Positions 59,662-64,000 of a stretch of DNA of 64,000 nucleotides are shown here, piece after piece. Within the stretch, counting starts at the first letter, position 1; each line of letters begins with the position of its first letter. The position numbers were made by a program, and so were the translations under genes. Under the pieces are notes generated by a model. That model saw only the letters and a program-made list of their open reading frames with translations. It was not told the origin of the DNA and did no database searches. Origin of the DNA: Escherichia coli (GTDB lineage: Bacteria; Pseudomonadota; Gammaproteobacteria; Enterobacterales; Enterobacteriaceae); the NCBI RefSeq assembly GCF_003790525.1, contig NZ_CP033636.1; one strand, 5' to 3'.

Positions 59662-60435
59662 CAATACGAATGGCGAAAAGCCGAGCTCATCGGTCAGCTT
59701 CTCAACCTTGGGGTTACCCCCGGCGGTGTGCTGCTGGTCCACAGCTCCTTCCGTAGCGTCCGGCCCCTCGAAGATGGGCCACTTGGACTGATCGAGGCCC
59801 TGCGTGCTGCGCTGGGTCCGGGAGGGACGCTCGTCATGCCCTCGTGGTCAGGTCTGGACGACGAGCCGTTCGATCCTGCCACGTCGCCCGTTACACCGGA
59901 CCTTGGAGTTGTCTCTGACACATTCTGGCGCCTGCCAAATGTAAAGCGCAGCGCCCATCCATTTGCCTTTGCGGCAGCGGGGCCACAGGCAGAGCAGATC
60001 ATCTCTGATCCATTGCCCCTGCCACCTCACTCGCCTGCAAGCCCGGTCGCCCGTGTCCATGAACTCGATGGGCAGGTACTTCTCCTCGGCGTGGGACACG
60101 ATGCCAACACGACGCTGCATCTTGCCGAGTTGATGGCAAAGGTTCCCTATGGGGTGCCGAGACACTGCACCATTCTTCAGGATGGCAAGTTGGTACGCGT
60201 CGATTATCTCGAGAATGACCACTGCTGTGAGCGCTTTGCCTTGGCGGACAGGTGGCTCAAGGAGAAGAGCCTTCAGAAGGAAGGTCCAGTCGGTCATGCC
60301 TTTGCTCGGTTGATCCGCTCCCGCGACATTGTGGCGACAGCCCTGGGTCAACTGGGCCGAGATCCGTTGATCTTCCTGCATCCGCCAGAGGCGGGATGCG
60401 AAGAATGCGATGCCGCTCGCCAGTCGATTGGCTGA
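59662..60435 (+). CDS. aac(3)-IV: aminoglycoside N-acetyltransferase AAC(3)-IV (apramycin/gentamicin); annotated ATG replaced by the IS26 end
   Basis: Begins QYEWRKAELIGQLLNLGVTPGGVLLVHSS... right after IS26 terminal repeat; ends ...CEECDAARQSIG. Confidence 0.85.
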   Translation, partial: QYEWRKAELIGQLLNLGVTPGGVLLVHSSFRSVRPLEDGPLGLIEALRAALGPGGTLVMPSWSGLDDEPFDPATSPVTPDLGVVSDTFWRLPNVKRSAHPFAFAAAGPQAEQIISDPLPLPPHSPASPVARVHELDGQVLLLGVGHDANTTLHLAELMAKVPYGVPRHCTILQDGKLVRVDYLENDHCCERFALADRWLKEKSLQKEGPVGHAFARLIRSRDIVATALGQLGRDPLIFLHPPEAGCEECDAARQSIG

Positions 60436-60663
60436 GCTCATGAGCGGAGAACGAGATGACGTTGGAGGGGCAAGGTCGCGCTGATTGCTGGGGCAACACG
60501 TGGAGCGGATCGGGGATTGTCTTTCTTCAGCTCGCTGATGATATGCTGACGCTCAATGCCGTTTGGCCTCCGACTAACGAAAATCCCGCATTTGGACGGC
60601 TGATCCGATTGGCACGGCGGACGGCGAATGGCGGAGCAGACGCTCGTCCGGGGGCAATGAGAT

Positions 60664-61689
60664 ATGAAAAAGCCTGAACTCACCGCGACGTCTGTCGAGA
60701 AGTTTCTGATCGAAAAGTTCGACAGCGTCTCCGACCTGATGCAGCTCTCGGAGGGCGAAGAATCTCGTGCTTTCAGCTTCGATGTAGGAGGGCGTGGATA
60801 TGTCCTGCGGGTAAATAGCTGCGCCGATGGTTTCTACAAAGATCGTTATGTTTATCGGCACTTTGCATCGGCCGCGCTCCCGATTCCGGAAGTGCTTGAC
60901 ATTGGGGAATTCAGCGAGAGCCTGACCTATTGCATCTCCCGCCGTGCACAGGGTGTCACGTTGCAAGACCTGCCTGAAACCGAACTGCCCGCTGTTCTGC
61001 AGCCGGTCGCGGAGGCCATGGATGCGATCGCTGCGGCCGATCTTAGCCAGACGAGCGGGTTCGGCCCATTCGGACCGCAAGGAATCGGTCAATACACTAC
61101 ATGGCGTGATTTCATATGCGCGATTGCTGATCCCCATGTGTATCACTGGCAAACTGTGATGGACGACACCGTCAGTGCGTCCGTCGCGCAGGCTCTCGAT
61201 GAGCTGATGCTTTGGGCCGAGGACTGCCCCGAAGTCCGGCACCTCGTGCACGCGGATTTCGGCTCCAACAATGTCCTGACGGACAATGGCCGCATAACAG
61301 CGGTCATTGACTGGAGCGAGGCGATGTTCGGGGATTCCCAATACGAGGTCGCCAACATCTTCTTCTGGAGGCCGTGGTTGGCTTGTATGGAGCAGCAGAC
61401 GCGCTACTTCGAGCGGAGGCATCCGGAGCTTGCAGGATCGCCGCGGCTCCGGGCGTATATGCTCCGCATTGGTCTTGACCAACTCTATCAGAGCTTGGTT
61501 GACGGCAATTTCGATGATGCAGCTTGGGCGCAGGGTCGATGCGACGCAATCGTCCGATCCGGAGCCGGGACTGTCGGGCGTACACAAATCGCCCGCAGAA
61601 GCGCGGCCGTCTGGACCGATGGCTGTGTAGAAGTACTCGCCGATAGTGGAAACCGACGCCCCAGCACTCGTCCGAGGGCAAAGGAATAG
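60664..61689 (+). CDS. aph(4)-Ia: hygromycin B phosphotransferase Hph / APH(4)-Ia (341 aa)
   Basis: MKKPELTATSVEKFLIEKFDSVSDLMQLSEGEESRAFSFDVGGRGYVLRVNSCADGFYKDRYVYRHF... recognised Hph. Confidence 0.95.
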   Translation: MKKPELTATSVEKFLIEKFDSVSDLMQLSEGEESRAFSFDVGGRGYVLRVNSCADGFYKDRYVYRHFASAALPIPEVLDIGEFSESLTYCISRRAQGVTLQDLPETELPAVLQPVAEAMDAIAAADLSQTSGFGPFGPQGIGQYTTWRDFICAIADPHVYHWQTVMDDTVSASVAQALDELMLWAEDCPEVRHLVHADFGSNNVLTDNGRITAVIDWSEAMFGDSQYEVANIFFWRPWLACMEQQTRYFERRHPELAGSPRLRAYMLRIGLDQLYQSLVDGNFDDAAWAQGRCDAIVRSGAGTVGRTQIARRSAAVWTDGCVEVLADSGNRRPSTRPRAKE

Positions 61690-61694
61690 AGTAG

Positions 61695-62057
61695 ATGCCG
61701 ACCGAACAAGAGCTGATTTCGAGAACGCCTCAGCCAGCAACTCGCGCGAGCCTAGCAAGGCAAATGCGAGAGAACGGCCTTACGCTTGGTGGCACAGTTC
61801 TCGTCCACAGTTCGCTAAGCTCGCTCGGCTGGGTCGCGGGAGGGCCGGTCGCAGTGATTCAGGCCCTTCTGGATTGTGTTGGTCCCCAGGGCACGATTGT
61901 CATGCCCACGCACTCGGGTGATCTGACTGATCCCGCAGATTGGAGATCGCCGCCCGTGCCTGCCGATTGGGTGCAGATCTTGCGCAACGAGATGCCGGCA
62001 TACGATCCGCAAACCACACCAACTCGGAACATGGGTGCAGTGGCTGAATTGTTCCGG
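61695..62057 (+). pseudogene. 5-prime fragment of an AAC(3)-family acetyltransferase paralogue, truncated by IS6-family element
   Basis: TVLVHSSLSSLGWVAGGPVAVIQALLDCVGPQGTIVMPTHSGDL parallels AAC(3)-IV GVLLVHSSFRSV...GGTLVMPSWSGL; homology ends near the IS inverted repeat. Confidence 0.5.
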
Positions 62058-62946
62058 GCGTGTCGCAAACACTTTTGGAGGCAGCTATCACCCAGCCAAG
62101 GCCGGTATTTTCATGCTTTGTTAACCTTTTGCAGTCCGAAGAGGCGCGCAAGCAAATCATTCTGGTCATTGACGGTCCAGCCGCCTGAAAAGCCAAAGCC
62201 CTTCCGCAGCCACAGCATCGCCTCGAAACCCGCGATGGTTCGCCGCGCCGTGTTAAAGGATTGGAAACCGCCGATCTTCGGCATGTTCTTCTTCACCCGG
62301 AAATGGTCGCTCTCAATCCCCTGCTGGAGATGTTTGGTCACATAATGCACGGGATCGGGATGGAGAAGCCCATCATCAACCGACGTTTTGATCGTTGACG
62401 GGAAGGTGTTGGCCCCGTCCGTCCCAATCCTGTTCGGCGACAACAAGGGTTCATCTTTAAGCATCTTTCGGAAGAACCGCTTGGCAGCGTCGAGATCGCG
62501 CTTAGCGGTCAGCAGGAAATCCACCGGATTGCCATGCTTATCGATGGCTCGGTACAGATAGCGCCATTTGCCGCGGATCTTGACATAGGTCTCATCAATC
62601 CGGACCGAGCCGCAATGGGGTCGACGAAACTGCCGCAGCCGTTTCTCGATGACAGGTGCATAAGCCAATACCCAGCGGTTGATCGTGCTATGATCGACCT
62701 CGAAGCCCCGCTCGCGAAACATCTCTTCCAAGTCACGATAGCTGAGCGGGTAGCGCAAGTACCAGGCAACCGCCTGTACAATCAGCCAGGCCTCGAAATG
62801 CCTGCCCTTGAAATCATCCTTCGACTGGCGCTTCAGCTTTTCGGCAATGGTATTCAAAATCATCGGCTCGCTCCGCAATATCAGGAGCGGCAACTTCTCT
62901 CCCCATGGTCAACATCGAGTTAACCTGAAGAATTTGCGACAAGGCC
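62057..62946 (-). mobile_element. IS6-family insertion sequence distinct from IS26 (possibly ISEc59-like); ends approximate
   Basis: Imperfect terminal inverted repeats GGCGTGTCGCAAAC / ATTTGCGACAAGGCC; internal IS6-type transposase. Confidence 0.6.
62111..62893 (-). CDS. IS6-family transposase (true start probably the internal Met, about 250 aa)
   Basis: FKGRHFEAWLIVQAVAWYLRYPLSYRDLEEMFRERGFEVDHSTINRWV parallels the IS26 Tnp N-terminus; DDE core. Confidence 0.75.
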   Translation of the reverse strand: MPLLILRSEPMILNTIAEKLKRQSKDDFKGRHFEAWLIVQAVAWYLRYPLSYRDLEEMFRERGFEVDHSTINRWVLAYAPVIEKRLRQFRRPHCGSVRIDETYVKIRGKWRYLYRAIDKHGNPVDFLLTAKRDLDAAKRFFRKMLKDEPLLSPNRIGTDGANTFPSTIKTSVDDGLLHPDPVHYVTKHLQQGIESDHFRVKKNMPKIGGFQSFNTARRTIAGFEAMLWLRKGFGFSGGWTVNDQNDLLARLFGLQKVNKA

Positions 62947-64000
62947 ATGCGTTCCGCTCCGGAGATGTCTGGCTTACTAGGTCCCGGCGCTATGGCGATC
63001 TGAAACACGCACTCGTTCCGGCACAATCCATCGCGGAAGGCGGTCGTCTCGCTGTGCCATTGCGGCCGGAGGAATGGCTGGCAGACCGGCAAGCTCGCCT
63101 CGACATGCGGTTGCGCGAGCTTGGCCGTGCCGCTCGCGCAGGCACGATCCCGGGCGGGTCGATTGAAAACGGCGTTCTGCATATCGAGAAACTCGAAGCC
63201 GCCGCGCCGACAGGCGCCGAAGATCTGGTGCTCGATCTCTACAAGCAGATCCCGCCCACGCGCATCACCGATCTCCTGCTGGAGGTGGATGCGGCGACCG
63301 GCTTCACCGAAGCGTTCACCCATCTGCGCACAGGAGCACCCTGCGCTGACCGGATCGGGCTAATGAACGTTATCTTGGCGGAAGGGATCAACCTCGGCTT
63401 GCGCAAAATGGCGGATGCGACAAACACCCACACCTTCTGGGAATTGATCCGCATTGGACGGTGGCATGTCGAGGGCGAAGCCTATGACCGGGCGCTGGCC
63501 ATGGTGGTCGAGGCACAGGCAGCGTTACCCATGGCCCGGTTCTGGGGCATGGGCACGTCGGCTTCGAGCGACGGACAGTTCTTCGTCGCTACAGAGCAAG
63601 GTGAGGCCATGAACCTGGTCAACGCGAAATATGGCAATACCCCGGGCCTGAAAGCCTATAGCCACGTCTCCGACCAATATGCGCCGTTCGCAACCCAGGT
63701 GATTCCTGCAACGGCAAGCGAAGCGCCTTACATCCTCGATGGCCTGCTGATGAACGATGCTGGACGCCATATCCGCGAGCAGTTCACCGACACGGGCGGC
63801 TTCACCGATCACGTCTTTGCCGCATGTGCCATTCTCGGCTACCGGTTCGCTCCGCGCATCCGCGACCTGCCATCCAAACGGCTCTACGCGTTCAATCCGT
63901 CGGCCGCCCCGGCGCACCTGCGAGCGTTGATCGGCGGAAAGGTCAACCAAGCCATGATCGAGCGCAATTGGCCCGACATCCTGCGCATCGCCGCCACCAT
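62947..64000 (+). pseudogene. tnpA: Tn3-family transposase TnpA, internal to C-proximal fragment; 5-prime end removed by IS6-family element, 3-prime end beyond window
   Basis: Frame open to window end; ...WELIRIGRWHVEGEAYDRALAMVVEAQAALPMARFWGMGTSASSDGQFF...FTDTGGFTDHVFAACAILGYRFAPRIRDL... typical Tn3-family TnpA C-terminal region. Confidence 0.7.

Noticed and set aside
59071-60435. 454-aa plus-strand ORF spanning IS26 and aac(3)-IV
   Set aside because: Most of it is the antisense frame of the IS26 transposase; only the part from 59662 is the real aac(3)-IV gene
60438-60683. ORFs in the aac(3)-IV to hph intergenic region
   Set aside because: Short, GC-rich, no RBS; region is the known spacer between the two resistance genes
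62814-63950. Minus-strand ORFs 62814..63323 and 63525..63950
   Set aside because: Antisense to the Tn3-family tnpA fragment, whose plus-strand frame is open throughout and has recognisable transposase motifs
1-64000. Search for tRNA, rRNA or tmRNA genes
   Set aside because: No cloverleaf-like or rRNA-like conserved segments noticed by eye; not excluded, since no tool was run

Overview
This window reads as a segment of an enterobacterial IncHI-type (probably IncHI2-like) conjugative plasmid. Positions 1-46713 are plasmid backbone: many small hypothetical genes, a hok/mok toxin locus split from its promoter by an IS150 insertion, an orphan ParB/KorB-like gene, an IS1 insertion with intact 9-bp target duplication, and a Tra1-like transfer region (NERD protein, S49 peptidase, membrane proteins, coupling protein TraG, MOBH-type relaxase TraI, an oriT-like palindrome array, TrhF/TrhH/TrhG with an IS629-like element inserted between trhH and trhG), followed by an HNH nuclease, a lytic transglycosylase, DsbC/DsbA-like paralogs and an SOS-regulated umuDC-like operon. 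From 46714 onward is an IS26-bounded multiresistance region: Tn21 remnant (truncated tnpR, res, tnpM, IRi), a sul3-type class 1 integron (intI1, estX, psp, aadA2, cmlA1, aadA1, qacH, IS440-like remnant, sul3), truncated mef(B), a second IS26, aac(3)-IV, hph, a truncated aac(3)-like gene, an IS6-family element and a Tn3-family tnpA fragment running off the window. The most interesting unexplained signal is a near-palindromic 11-13-mer AAAGTWACTTT present at 13 backbone sites (two directly upstream of the ParB-like gene) and absent from the resistance region, which suggests a KorB-like dispersed operator network. No rRNA, tRNA or CRISPR array was found. All calls are from reading the sequence and recalled family knowledge; no searches were run, and manually derived coordinates may be off by 1-3 bp.
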